Shown here: positions 25,201 through 40,200 of the stretch, piece after piece
Layout of the letters: every line of letters starts with the position of its first letter
Numbering within the stretch: the first letter of the stretch is position 1
Source of the DNA: Phoronis australis
Lineage: Eukaryota; Animalia; Phoronida
Length of the DNA stretch: 64,000 nucleotides
Reading direction: 5' to 3'
Assembly: GCA_002633005.1 (NCBI GenBank)
Contig: NMRA01000526.1
Span: 239,417-303,416 of the forward strand
Notes under the pieces: generated by a model
Seen by the model: only the letters and a program-made list of their open reading frames with translations
The model's database searches: none
What the model was told of the DNA's origin: nothing
Made by a program: the position numbers and the translations under genes

Positions 25201-28200
25201 TTTTTGACTCAGGTTCTGACTTTGCTTCATCTGCCGGAACTGTTTCTCGCACTCTTGTTGGATTACCCTCGACAGCAGCAGTAGTTCTTGGTTTTTGAAG
25301 TTCATCAATCTTAGAGAATATGTTGACCTTCTTAACCGCCGTTAGACCAGGTTCTAAAATGGTACCAAAATATGATCACTAAAATGTTCACATAGTGTCA
25401 TACATGTCCAAGAGCATCACATTGCATTTTTACAACGCAAACAGCAATATTCATTCACTGGTTTCCATATGACTGCACATTCATCAGATGACATTTTCAT
25501 AACAAATCTAATAGCCCCACATTTACGGCCGGGTCCAACAATACTGCAGCCATTGCTACATTATAAGTATGAAATATCAGTTACAGATCTGAGATACAGA
25601 AGTGTACTGCACATCAAGTAGAATTACTTGTCTGCTACAGACTTCAGCTAAACCTTAACTAATTGATGTTCACTTCGACCGAACCAAGCGTTAGGGTTCA
25701 ACCATGCTCCTTTCCCAAAATACGTGTCCTAGGTGTATTCTCAGATATACTGACCATTAACGAAGTCTCTGTTAGTGCAGGAATGATGAGTCGTAGAATG
25801 ACAGTCATAAGAGTCCACAATACAATAAATTGATGGCCAATAGAGAAATTACAAAACAGACAACAGCTCAGTGAATTTCAAATAACTGAGAGGGTATGAG
25901 TTGTCTCAAAACATTGCTTACACTGTCTTGTTGATGAACAACAAATGATCTGACCAACCACCATTAGAATATTAAATGAAATACTGACTAAACACCTGAC
26001 AATCGAGTCTGACGCACACTTATATGCAAACTCACTCAATATCGGGGTATACTACCAAGTTCAGATGTGGAATTTTTACAAGAAGAGGAATATGACATCT
26101 GATCAGGCGCTTAAACTGAGTACTCACAAAAGCATCTTATCTCATGAGCAATTAGCACATGTGAAAATCCCATTGTTTCTGCCAGTCAAGTGTGATCACC
26201 ATAAGCAAACAGGGCTTAACCACAAGTTAAGTCATAGGAATATAGCCTTCCAACTGAGAGGAGGCTACCATCTGATCTGAGGACAGATGATGGCATAGCA
26301 AATCAGATGTGTGACTAGTGTTCAGATGTGAAATAGTTTTGAGATCAAGCCCGATCAATCTTCTGATCAGACGGCATGTGAACATTATAAATATGTCTAT
26401 TTTCCAGAAGATGTCCTAAAACAGCTACAATATTTACCTCATTACAATTCTGTCTATTGTTAATTTGCTTAATAACTAGAGGATTATGTGTGCTATGAAT
26501 TTGAGTGCATTTGTATGAAACAATATCGTCATGTGTTTAATCAACTTCATACTGAAGGGTTGCACTCAAATTACCCGTACACACAATACAATCAGCACAT
26601 TAACCACTGACAATAATTAGTAGCTGGTTCAATTACATAAGTAGAGCATTTAGCACATGCTATGCAATAGTCTTACTTGTCAATGAAACATATTCAATCG
26701 GTTTTGGCGTGGGCTTGGTATCCTCTTCTTTATCTGGGGCTGGTGTCTCAGGAAAACTTAGGAAGTTCAACATGGATAGCTTGTCTTTACGCGTGCTGCG
26801 TAGACCAACAATGGTTGACCTATCAATATAAACTTAAAGCTAATACTTAATAGTAAATGAAGCAGTGAACACACCCAACCAATATTAGTGTCACAATCAT
26901 GTGCGATACACTCCAAAAACAATTGGACAAAGTTTTGTTTCCCCTACAATGACAGTCATTCATTATGCTACTTTGAAGGTGAATTCCATTTGTCATTACG
27001 ATGGAAATTACAGTTAGGGCTGTTCCAGCAAAACCTGTATGGGAGGGGGAAGGCACTTTTATTTCGTACCCACCGCCCATATTTTTCATTTATTTCTCCA
27101 ACCCATGACCCATAATTTTCTAATTATTTTCAATAGGTTAAAATATAAAATCCAACACTTGCAAACAAATTGCCTCCAGGAGAACCTGTTAAGAACTTAG
27201 ATGATTGACAGACAAGAACTAGTTGTCTTGTCCAATATTGTCAAAAACTAAAGTAGCCTGTGAGCAATACTTTTGGCAGCCACCAGGTGGCTCTGTTCAC
27301 CATGTGTCTATAATTTCAATGAACATTTTTTTCAATTATAAGGATCTATGAATCTCAAACTGTCTCCACGAACTCTTTTATACTTCTATGTCAAGTGAAT
27401 ATTGGAACTTGTTTTATCTTACTCCTCATACTTTTTATTTAAAAATCATCAATTTTCTTATATGTGTTAACACCAGTTTTGTGTTGCATAACTTTTCAAT
27501 TCAATAGGACTGCAGACAACCAGTTGGCTCAAATCAAGTTGCCCATGACTTGATTAATGGCTTATTGAACATATTGCACTCTGTTCAATGGCAATATGGG
27601 CTTTTTTGAATTGGGATAAGTTAGGATATATACCAATTGCATTTTTTGAGTTTTGACAGCTGAAGTAACCAACCTGTCAACATTAATAGGTCAAAAATAC
27701 CACCCATTTTTAATGCATCACTTCTTACAGGAACGACCACCCATAATTTGAGTTTTTTTCTGAAGACCACCACCCATGAATTTTTATTTCTACTGCCATC
27801 TCCCCCCCCCCTCCCACACGGATTTTACTGGAACAGCCCTTAGTCCATAGGTGGATTTAGGGTGTCCTATTGATACACCTACCTACACAATCAAAAGAAA
27901 GCTGCCAGCATGCTGCATTTAGAGCTTTTGCAGATATTTTTTATTTGACAATTGAGGTAAGCCCCCCTCCCCTTATGACATCCTACATATGCCACTGTGC
28001 ATTGTCATTACAACAGAGAATTTCAAATTGTGTTGTAAAACATCGAAACCATGTTGGATGTCACAAGCCCAAGCTCACTCTCCCTAAAGATGTGTGCATG
28101 ATTTATGCTATGCTACAAAGTGCCATGTCCACCCCTCCTCCTACCCCCCTTCCCCCCCCCCCGCATGTCAGCTTCACCTCCTCAGGCACCATCAATAGTC

Positions 28201-31200
28201 AATTCTTTTTACCTGGTGCAAAACTCCTTCCATTAACACAACACTATCGGTTTTCTCATCGCGAACTGTGTTAACACTTACCCTGGATATGGATTGGGAA
28301 CATTGAATCTTTTACAAAGAAGTGGATCAGGATGCCATTCAAACTCATCTCTTGTTAGATGTCCAAACATCTTGAGCTCAGCAGCCTTAGCTTTATCACT
28401 TTTGTCAGCCTGAAACAGAGGACAAAACCTTACATTTATGATTCTGACAGATCATGAATTATTGCTGCTTGTTCAGAAAGGTACCTGTCACTCTGGGAAT
28501 GGATGAGTACTGGAGAATACTGTAACATTAAGATGGTTTCTGGGGATGTTGCTATGTTCGGAATTTCATAGGAAAAGAGCAAGCTGCCACAGACTACACA
28601 TCTCACAATAGCAAGCTGCCACTACACATCTCACTAGAGCAAGCTGTCACTACACATCTCACTAGAGCAAGCTGCCACTACACATCTCACTAGAGCAAGC
28701 TGCCACTACACATCTCACTAGAGCAACCTGCCACTACACATCTAATAGCAAACATCCATCATGTTACTGTTTCTTTTGTGTTGTGAGATTTTTTTGAGTG
28801 ATGAGAATGCAACTTAAAGTGTTTTTTGCTTAAACCATTTTCTAGTTTACTTAGACCAGAATAGCCGAGTTGACGACAACAAAACTCCCATTTTGTAACA
28901 ATGGCATTTTTGCTCAAACCATTTGGACACCCTATTGTACAACAGCGCATAATTGATCCAAAGAATCAAAACGACGCTTATCTCCATCCACAAATTCACC
29001 TATTAATGACAGGTTGTACAAACAATACAAAACATTTGTCCACCAAATATGCTATCCTTATCACGTGGCATAGCTATATAAAAAACAGTCACTACCATCT
29101 GGTCAGCTGGTATTTCCACTGTCTTCTCCTGGTCGTCATACTTCGCTCTCGTAAAGCGTGAGGCCATCATGCTGGTCATTGGTCGATAGAGCTGCGCCGC
29201 ACGGATGAACTCCTCCTTTTCTCGTTCCTTCTCCCACTCGGTCATCCCACTGAGAGCCTCGTCGAAATTATCTAGAGTAGAAGCTGCAGCATTGTACAAG
29301 AGTGCGCATACTATGCATAGTAGCGGTACACTTCCCGAAAAGTCACGTAAGTCGTAAATTTTGCGTATTGTTCCCACTGAATACAGCTCTGCCACACAAT
29401 TGTTAGCACATCACAATTTTGCAATCATATTTCATGAACAACCAATTGTGGGTATGTTCTCAGATACCTTCTTCTTTGCTGAAGTGAGATTAAATTATTT
29501 TTTGGAAATAGTTGTGCAAAGCCCAAGACGAAAATACTAATTTTGCCTAAGTCATAAATCACGAAGAAGGCCACATGAACCAATATTAAAAGACCATCCA
29601 CAATAAAATTGTCACCACAAAACACACTTTAAGCTTTAGGTAGGGGGCTGTAGGCTTACTGCTACCATTTGCTTTTAAGTCACAAATGTCTATGACAGGA
29701 ACATTTGGAAACTTAGTATCAAATAATTGTACTTTCACCTCAGAGTCTGTTGTTTTAACTTAAAACATACCAACATTTTATAACATTTTTAGGGGAAGGC
29801 GGATGTTCACCCTGTAGTAGCTAGATTGAAGTCAGTCATTAGGAAGTGAAAACATACTGTTAGGCGAGAGAGGCAGTCACTCAGCAACAACTGCAAACAG
29901 TTGAATGACTGATAATGAAGCAGTGTGGCCTAGTGGGATAATTGTCGCTTCCTTCGCTCAAGGTCATGGGTTCGAGTCCCACTGGGGTACACTGCTAGAC
30001 CCTTGAGTGGGGTATTTAGCTCCTCAGCTTACTTTCAACTAATAACAAAGCATAAAAATGGTTGCAGGTGATCAAAGCAGTGAGCCCACTTGAGCGGCCT
30101 GTGCACATCTGGTACGTGTAACAGACCACTTGCAATAATTTTTATAATGATTGACGATAAGCACATAGAACTTTAAAACAAAAACAGTGACTGTCCCAGA
30201 TTATTAAAGCGCTTGCAATGCTGAAAGATCAACTTCCAAACAGTTAACTGGCCACTGCTGTGGGTGATAAAGGAATATAAGTCTCATGTTTAGCTACAAA
30301 AGTATTTAAATGACTGAATGACAAGCATAAGTATTCTGTTCACATAGAATGACAAAGCCCTTTCACATTCTGACAAAATTACTACAATTTTGATCAGTTT
30401 TAATTGTTTCAAATAAAAATAAACATAGGCCATCAGAGTTCGTTGTATCTTCAACACACACTTTTTTCTTTGTATAGCTCAATAATTCAAAAGTGTAGAT
30501 GGGTCCATTTGCCAATGAGACCCCTTTCAGTTGTGAAACTAGCTGAAAATGTAACTTACATTTTTCACCATGTTTGGCTGTTGCGAGATAGTCTTCATAT
30601 CTCTTCTGTTTTTCTGGATCTTTCGCAAATGGTTTAAAGCCACTGTTTGTCAGCATCCCACGCTGTTCACTACCAGAGGGAACTGCAGGTAGTTTTACTG
30701 TCGGGGGTGCTACGGTGGTTTTCGGCGAAGGTTTGAAGGCCTCCATTTTCTTTTTATCTTCAGATGACACAAGGTCAAATACTGACCCTACCCAATAAGA
30801 CAAATATAATTGTAACAAAAAAGAAAATAAACCTTTCACAGGTTGATCTTAAATATGAGAGGGGTACAATTTCAAAATCATTTTTACTGTGAAAACAAAA
30901 TAATACTACAATAATAAAAGTGATAATTATAATAATAAAACTAATATGAGCGAGTAAAACTCTAACTTCAACAGTATTTCTTACAATCCTATAACTGTTA
31001 GTTGGCTGGTGGATGGAAAGTCCTTGTCCCCTCCAAATTATGCCCACAGCATACACGATACAAAAGTCATCAGATTCTGGTGAACTGCAGACCATCCCCC
31101 AATCTCATGCAATGTGCAACTGACAATGGGTACACTTGATTGACCTTGCCGGTTCCGCCAGGTCAACCAACTAAGACATCTGATTACTTCTCGATGACAA

Positions 31201-34200
31201 CATATGGCTTTTAAACCAATCCAGTGTCTTAGCTATTTGACCCAGCAGAACCAGCAAAGTGAAAAGTGCAGTCATGACGTAGTTAATAGAAACAATACTT
31301 TGAAAGACATTAAATATGCACTGTTTATTGCATGCACAATTCGGTTTAAATTTTCTTGAGTGTTTCAGTATTGAGCACTTAAATCTACAATAAACCCACT
31401 ATCTGACAATTAATGTAAATTATGATTGAGGCCACTTACCATTTTAAAAGTGGTTTTACTAATTTGGGAGAACCTACAAATTGTTACTGCTCATGACCTC
31501 ACAGGGCACAAACAAACACTTCTTCCCAAGCGAAAACGGGCCTCTAATAGAGGCAACAGGTGAGTTGAGACAACTTTTTGACCAAAATCATAAGTTACTT
31601 TTTTGGAAAAAATTGGATTTAAGTCATTCTTAATGGCACATCAGAAGGCATGTCTTACTATGCTTAACATTTTGAGGAAAATCTGTTTATTTCTTATATT
31701 TACCAAGTTCCACTTTTTCGCCAATCATCTCTCGACGGGTTGACGCATCTATAGTTTTTGGTTGCGAGGACAGCTCGTCACCATAAGCAGGTTTCTTGAA
31801 ATGGTGGACTGGCTTGTAATCCCGCGGGAGCTGTGGCGGTGGGTAACGCTTCTTGGCAGGAAGAGGTTTATCAGACAATGTGAATCCTTCAAGCAGTTTT
31901 CCAATATAAGAAGCGTGTGTCACTGCCTCTGAAAAATAAAAATGTCCTAGGTTTTCATTTTCAGTGCAAGAAATATTGATTAAACTTTTATTAGGACAAA
32001 AGGCATAAGGGCTGTTCCAGCAAAATCTGTATGGGAGGGGGGGGAAGGCACTTTTATTTTGTACCCACCGCCCATGATTTTCATTTATTTCTCCAACCCA
32101 TGACCCATAATTTTTTAATTATTTTTAATAGGTTAAATTTAAAATCCAACACTTGCAAACAAATTGCCTACAGGAGGACCTGTTAAGAACTTAGATGATT
32201 GACAGACAAGAACTAGTTGTCTTGTCCAANTGGAAAGTCCTTGTCCCCTCCAAATTATGCCCACAGCATACACGATACAAAAGCCATCAGATTCTGGTGA
32301 ACTGTAGACCATCCCCCAATCTCATGCAATGTGCAACTGACAATGGGTACACTTGATTGACCTTGCCGGTTCCGCCAGGTCAACCGACTAAGACATCTGA
32401 TTACTTCTCGATGACAACATATGGCTTTTAAACCAATCCAGTGTCTTAGCTATTTGACCCAGCAGAACCACCAAAGTGAAAAAGTGCAGTCATGACGTAG
32501 TTAATAGAAACAATACTTTGAAAGACATTAAATATGTACTGTTTACTGCATGCACAATTCGGTTTAAATTTTCTTGAGTATTTCAGTATTGAGCACTTAA
32601 ATCTACAATAAATCCACTATCTGACAATTAATGTAAATTATGATTGAGGCCACTTACCATTTTAAAAGTGGTTTTACTAATTTGGGAGAACCTACAGTTT
32701 ATTACTGCTCGTGACCTCACAGGGCACAAACAAACACTTCTTCCCAAGCGAAAACGGGCCTCTAATAGAGGCAACAGGTGAGTTGAGACAACTTTTTGAC
32801 CAAAATCATAAGTTACTTTTTTGGCAAAAAGTGGATTTAAGTCATTCTTAATGGCACATCAGCAGGCATGGCTTACTATGCTTAACATTTTGAGGAAAAT
32901 CTGTTTATTTCTTATATTTACCAAGTTCCACTTTTTCGCCAATCATCTCTCGACGGGTTGACGCATCTATAGTTTTCGGTTGCGAGGACAGCTCGTCACC
33001 ATCAGCAGGTTTCTTGAAATGGTGGACTGGCTTGTAATCCCGCGGGAGCTGTGGGGGTGGGTAACACTTCTTGGCAGGAAGAGGTTTATCAGATAATGTG
33101 AATCCTTCAAGCAGTTTTCCAATATAAGAAGCGTGTGTCACTGCCTCTGAAAAATAAAAATTTCCTAGGATTTGATTTTCGGTGCAAGAAATATTGATTA
33201 AACTTTTATTAGGCCAAAAGGCATAACTGGTTCTGGTCTCTGTATTTTGTTTTCAAAAAGAAGTTGGAGGTGTAGTATATTTTGTTGCTCACTTTATCGA
33301 AAAAGAAATTCCACCTGAGACGAGCAAACATGATTCACCAGATAAATCACAGCCTTTCAAACTATGCTTACATGCCTTTGTGAATCTTTTCAAAAAACAC
33401 AAAACTTAGGCTTAAACTGATGCAGGCAGACATTTATTTAGTCGGTGAGCACAGGTCAAATTGAGACCAGAACCAACTGTTTTTAGGCCTAAACAGGATT
33501 TTTAGATCCATACTGGTAACGTGCTTCAATACACTGAGGAGGCAGGAGTTACTGCCTCTAACAGCAAATGAACATTTTTCAAAAGAAAATGTTCATTTGT
33601 CACATCCCTTCTTAGTTATAACGTAAAGATGAAATTTGTGAAAGAAGTTGATTAACTTCCACGCAATGGTCTCAATATCTCCTGAGTCATGAAAGTACTT
33701 GTCACTGCCACCAAAGGATAAAGAGATGAACTACCATTGATATCATTAAGTGACTCAACTGTACAAGGTCTGGTCAGTCCAGTAAAGGTCTGGCCAGTGC
33801 AGTCAAGGTCTGGCCAGTCCAGTCAAAACTGACTGCTTTTATTATTTGCTCATGATTTGTTTTGGGATGGGAATCATTTTCTCTCGTGGTACAGAAGGTT
33901 TGATACGTACTTGGTAACCTGGTTTACAATTTTTGTTTTAGGTAGTGAGAATAAACAACAACAACAACAACAACAATTTACAACAATTAAAAATAGTTAA
34001 ACAATAATATTGTTGAAGATGATGATGATGACGAAGAAAAAGAAGAAGAAAAAAAAGGAGAAGAAAAAGAAACAGAACAGCAACAACTCACGCCTAGACC
34101 CAGGTGCAGTCCAACCATGTAGTTTGCTGATGCTGTCTTCCCCACCCAGGACAGTGTCATACTTTGACATATTGTCTACAGCATAAATATCATCGTCGTC

Positions 34201-37200
34201 TTCTTCCATTGCTCCCACACCAAATGCCTGTACAACATGCAGTAACAGACTCACCATACATCGGTTATAATACAAACTCTTCTATAATAGGCGGATATAA
34301 AATGTCCGCATTTTGAGAACCACTGAATAACGGACATCAAATTGGTTCTCAAAATGTGGGCGAGTTATATCCAACTATTGCATCTACATGGTCTGCTTTG
34401 TCAAAGACTACCATTAAAATGCAATTTTAAGCTGAATTATTAGCTGTAATCTCAATTTAATAATACTTTTATATTTAATTACTTCTTTGGTCTCGACCAA
34501 GAGAAAACTGCATTTTCAAACATGGTACAGCTGGAGGTGCCTGATGGAGTTCTTGTGGAATTCAAAAACAGGTATTNTATTTAGTCGGTGAACACAGGTC
34601 AAATTGAGACCAGAACCAACTGTTTTTAGGCCTAAACAGGATTTTTAGATCCATACTGGTAACATGCTTCAATACACTGAGGAGGCAGGAGTTACTGCCT
34701 CTAACAGCAAATGAACATTTTTCAAAAGACGCATAAAAATGTCACATCCCTTCTTAGTTATAATGTAAAGACGAAATTTGTGAAACAAGCTGATTAACTT
34801 CCACAGAATGGTCTCAATATCTCCCGAGTCATGAAAGCACTTGTCACTGCCACCAAAGGATAAAGAGATGAACTACCATTGATATCATTAAGTGACCCAA
34901 CTGTACAAGGTCTGGCCAGTCCAGTCAAAACTGACTGCTTTTATTATTTGCTCATGATTTGTTTTGGGATGGGAATCATTTTCTCTCGTGGTACAGAAGG
35001 TTTGATACATACTTGGTAACCTGGTTTACAATTTTTGTTTTAGGTAGTGAGAATAAACAACAACAACAACTTACAACAATTAAAAAATAGTTAAACAATA
35101 ATATTGTTGAAGACGATGATGATGACAAAGAAAAAGAAGAAGAAAAAAAGGAGAAGAAAAAGAAACAGAACAGCAACAACAACAACTCACGCCTAGACCC
35201 AGGTGCAGTCCAACCATGTAGTTTGCTGATGCTGTCTTCCCCACCCAGGACAGTGTCATACTTTGACATATTGTCTACAGCATAAATATCATCGTCGTCT
35301 TCTTCCATTGCTCCCACACCAAATGCCTGTACAACATGCAGTAACAGACTCACCATACATCGGTTATAATACAAACTCTTCTATAATAGGCGGATATAAA
35401 ATGTCCGCATTTTGAGAACCACTGAATAACGGACATCAAATTGGTTCTCAAAATGTGGGCGAGTTATATCCAACTATTGCATCTACATGGTCTGCTTTGT
35501 CAAAGACTACCATTAAAATGCAATTTTAAGCTGAATTATTAGCTGTAATCTCAATTTAATAATACTTTTATATTTAATTACTTCTTTGGTCTCGACCAAG
35601 AGAAAACTGCATTTTCAAACATGGTACAGCTGGAGGTGCCTGATGGAGTTCTTGTGGAATTCAAAAACAGGTATTTGTCTGACAAAAGCATTCTGCATGT
35701 GATTGAAGAAGTTTCATCCAAACTGCTACAAACTTTAGTTTGTTTTCACAAAAATTAATAATCTGGTCACAGTCAGCAATCTCGCAGTATACCACACTGT
35801 ATTTAGTGCATTCATGGCACAAAACGGCTGCATTGTTGTATTGCATACCACTTAAGTCCCACACATTCAGGGTTCTCCAAAATATTAACAGTCAAAAACC
35901 TACAAACCACTCACAGGAGAATCGAATCATCAGTCATTGTCTAAAATGTCTAATATGGGGGAGAGAAATCAAAACCTTTCAGAAAACGAAATGCCTCTAA
36001 ATACCTGCCCAACAAACCCCTTCTTCCCATGGCGTGACACTGCCGGTGGTTCAAACAAGCTGACGTGTCTCGACGTGGTCCCCAGCAATGCTGTGGTAGG
36101 GTCAATGCCACTATAACCTATACCATAGATATTGTCCTTGGGCTCAAATGAAATGGGGTTTGTGTCTTTAGGTGCAAAAGTGTAATCAGAGGGTAAGTCT
36201 TCCATAGAATCCTGGAAATACAATTATTTTTCAAATAAAGTTATTTAATATTTATTTGCAATGTCCTTGTGTACGATTTAGCAATGCCTCTAGAAACCAA
36301 CACATAAAATCACAGAATGATACACTCAGAAGACAAATTAAAGGAAAACAATTTAAAGCAACTTGGATAACATGGAATGTTTTTATTCATCCTTTCACTC
36401 ACTAAAATACTAGGAGTTTTAGAGCAAGTAAAGACAAGTTGTTGGTTAACAGTTGCAAGGAGTAACTAATAAAGGGTATCAGTATGTATCAGTATGTATC
36501 AATATGTAACCCTGCCAAACTACTGTTTACAGATGACATTAAAGAGCATGAAAATCATGGAAGGTTAAACATTAATGATTGTAAGTATTCAAATATAATC
36601 CAAATGTATTGCCTTGGTCAGAGTATGAAGCAGTTTCAACAACTTACGTCAGACTCCTCTCCTGGTCCCATTGCACAACTGTAGACTTTCATATATGTAC
36701 CACCAACTGCAAATAACAACCAAATTTAAAAACGTCAAGAAGTTGATAATGTAAACTACAGTAAACGTTCGGGTTAACGCCCTGGGCGGTTAAATTGGCA
36801 AACCCAAAAAATTGGGGGTGGGCGGTTAACCAGACATGGGCGCTTAAACATGAAATTTCAAGAAATCCAGGGTGGGTGGTTAACTGAGCATGGGCGTTAA
36901 CCCGAACGTTTACGGTAGTTAATGTCATGTTACACACATTTAATGAAATTGTAAAACACAGGTAAATCAGCAAAAACTCATAACTTTAAGACACAGTATG
37001 GCAGATACATGAAATTTAATTTTTTGCATTTTTTGTAAAAATTAAATAGAGCCAAATAAATGCTTCATCGTTTTTAAAGTGGCATTAAACCCATATTTTC
37101 TGTCAATAAAACAAGTCTTCATTCAGGCCCCTTACTATAATGGTTTTGTCATCTTGTCAGTTTAGAAGTTATTTCTGGGTTTGGGTAGAACTGATTCAAG

Positions 37201-40200
37201 CTCATACAAGTTCAGGTTGTACCATGACCCAAAATTGTATGAACTTAATTAATAAATCACACCTGTTTTGCCATCAAGGAATAATTTGAGATAAATGTCA
37301 TAACATGGTTTTAATGTCCCTTTAAGATCTATAACCCAGCTTCCTTCAGATGAGGGTTTGTGAAATAGAGAGCATTTCACAACAATGTTAAAAGTTTTTG
37401 AAAAAAGACGAAATTGTGGAAATAATTTTCTTCCAAAAATGATAAGATTTTATTGTACTAGAAAGTGCAATGATTGTGAATTTACCATTTTGATTGTCTT
37501 CCTTCTTTCGTTTCCTCTTAGACTTAGGCCCAATACCCTGGCCTGACTTCCAGCCCATCTTTTGTAACAGCTTCACCCCAATGGAACTTCTGCAATATTT
37601 AAACAGCCGTCACGTGAAACATGGTGCACATAGCACAAGGTGACACAAAAAACAAACTCATAGGATTGGAAAGAACAAAAAATTAAAAGCAAACAGACTC
37701 GAATTGTTGACACATTGTGGAAAGATCACCCAAAGACAGGAATTAACTCTGAATTTGACAAAATAAATTGACAAAAAGAGGTAAAATATAACCGGGCAAT
37801 ACCGTTCATGATTCCCTAAATATCCTGCATTTAATTTTCACACACTCTTCTGATTTATTTCCATTTCACAAATATGCAAACAAGTTTTGATGGCCTTTCT
37901 GAGTATTGGCTAGTATCAGACTACCTGCACTATTTTTTCTTAATGTTGCAGCAATGAATACACATTAACAATCCACAAGCTATACTAAAACCTTCTCCCT
38001 TCTTTTACTCAAATATTTCAAATACAGATGCATAGGCTTAGTTCTAAATACAAGCACACCTTCACATGTAGACTCATGTGCCTAAATATACACTAACACC
38101 GTAAAGCCTTGAAACTATGTTACATGAAATAGCTTACCTAGCTGGCAAGATAGCCTGTACTATACTTTCCAAACCAGGAATGACACCAGTAGAAGCAGAG
38201 GCCAATTTCCGTTTTCTTTCGTTTTCTTTGTAATTTGACATGAACTCGTCTGAGGTGGTGACTTTTCTTGGTGCAATGCCAAATTCACCCATGTCCTACA
38301 AGAAGACAAAAAGAATATACAACGAAAGTCCAACTGCAGCTTAATAAAACAATGAATTACAATTTAAGTGCTATAAACCAACCTTCTGACAAAGATAAAA
38401 GCAATTTATCTAAAATAAATTTGGTCTTAGCCTATTCCTCACAGAGATAAGAAATTATTTATTGGCTTAGAAAGAACAGACACTAAGTTATTGCTCGTGA
38501 CGATGCTGGAAAAATAAAATGACCTGCTGGGCCAAGCCAACACAGGGGGTTTGGTCTCAAACCTATAACTATCATTACTATATGTCCATCTAGTCACCTG
38601 TACAATAGCCATGATAGCAGATAGACACTTGCACTCACTGCAGAGTTATTTCTGTTCCCAATGTAACAAGTTAAAAACGCTTTTTCTCTGTTAAGATAGG
38701 ACCGTAGAAAAGTGCCCAAATTTGTCTAATTTCGAAACATCATATCTGAGAAATGGCAAAGTTGGCAAAATAAAGTTTGACCTGTCCACCATATTGACGT
38801 GATTTATTTAGTCTAATTAGGCCACCAGCCCCTTTTTAACATACCATACTAACACACACTTGCGTGTTGGCTTGAAAAAATGCAAAGAGAAAAAACAAAA
38901 CAAAACAAAACAATTCATCATATAATACAGTACATCTTCATTTTTTGCATGGACTAGAAACCTGACTCAGGAGTTAGCAGTGTGACCGAGTGGGACTCGA
39001 ACCAACAACCACTAGTACAGAAAGTGAGCACCTGTCACACTAGGCCACACTGCCTCCTCACTTGGCTACATTGGTTGACATTAATTTCTTGTGATCCCAT
39101 CAAGAGGACCAAAAACAATTGAAATGTCAAATTTCTGTCGAAAGTCCACATACAAAAAACATTCTAACACTAGTTTGGAGATCAGATGAACTACCACAGT
39201 CCAATAATAACGTGCTTTATGGCTGATACTAACTAAAAAAATGTGAAATAGTCCGGGAATAAAATATCTTTCAAAAGTCATAGTTACACTCTCGTCCATA
39301 TAATCTTCAGGCTTGTGTGAGACTGTTTCCGCCTTCTTTGACCTTGATGAGACGAACGTCGATGGGGTCCAGCCTAGAGAGAATACACGCCAGGACATTA
39401 CATTTAGTTCTTTAAATTCTACTCGGCTATTCAATTTACAATTAGAACTTGACTGAAGTGATCTACACCAAGCAAATATTTGTAACAAAATACTTGAGAA
39501 TACTCTAGTACAGTACAAGACAAAAGTAATCTCATGATGGTTAATTCTGTGAACACCAAACTAATATGGCTGGTAATAAATATTAAGGAGGCAAAATTCT
39601 AATTGCAGAATGGTTTAGCTGCCTAAACTCCCTTGTTAATTTCCCTTCATTCTCAGTTACGAGGGAAGGCTACTTTGAAAATGTAGTCAGTGTCAGCTGT
39701 CAGGTCATAACTATGCAGCAAAGCCTCAGGAAAGTGAAGTGAAGCCAAATTGCTAATACCTTCTTTGGACCCCACAGTGTTGAAGTAACCAGCAGAAAAT
39801 CCTCCTGTGAACGCACCATGAAATCTTCGTCGACCCCTCTCATCTTTAACAGTCTGATCTTGAATAGTAACTGGTTTTCGAATGGCTTCACCTTTTGTAT
39901 GTGAAAAGGACAAGTGCAATAATCTCAAACCAGACATCACCCAGTCCTTTCAACAACAATTACCTACCCGGTGATTGTCAGCTATGCAACAGTGGCACTT
40001 CCAATATACCTGATTCAAGAAACTTTGCTGGTAAATTACCTTGGTTCATACTCAAAACAGTGAACATTTCCATTATTGACAAACATATTGGTAAAATTAT
40101 GTAACAGATAGCAATGAGTATCGACAACCATTGAGAATGGCTATCCACTATGTCATCTCATATTATATTGCGTGATGTAGGAATTCCAACTTAGCGTTAT

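Noticed and set aside
28577-28745. 28-bp repeats as a CRISPR array
   Set aside because: Units are head-to-tail with no spacers, lie in an animal intron, and there are no cas genes: a minisatellite.
29918-29995. tRNA gene (also 38990-39055 and 41255-41315)
   Set aside because: A and B boxes are present but there is no convincing cloverleaf; the first two share a non-tRNA body, so SINE-derived.
33997-34091. Poly-Phe/Ile hydrophobic ORF extension after GPATCH1 exon 8
   Set aside because: Read-through into intronic microsatellites past a GTGAG donor.
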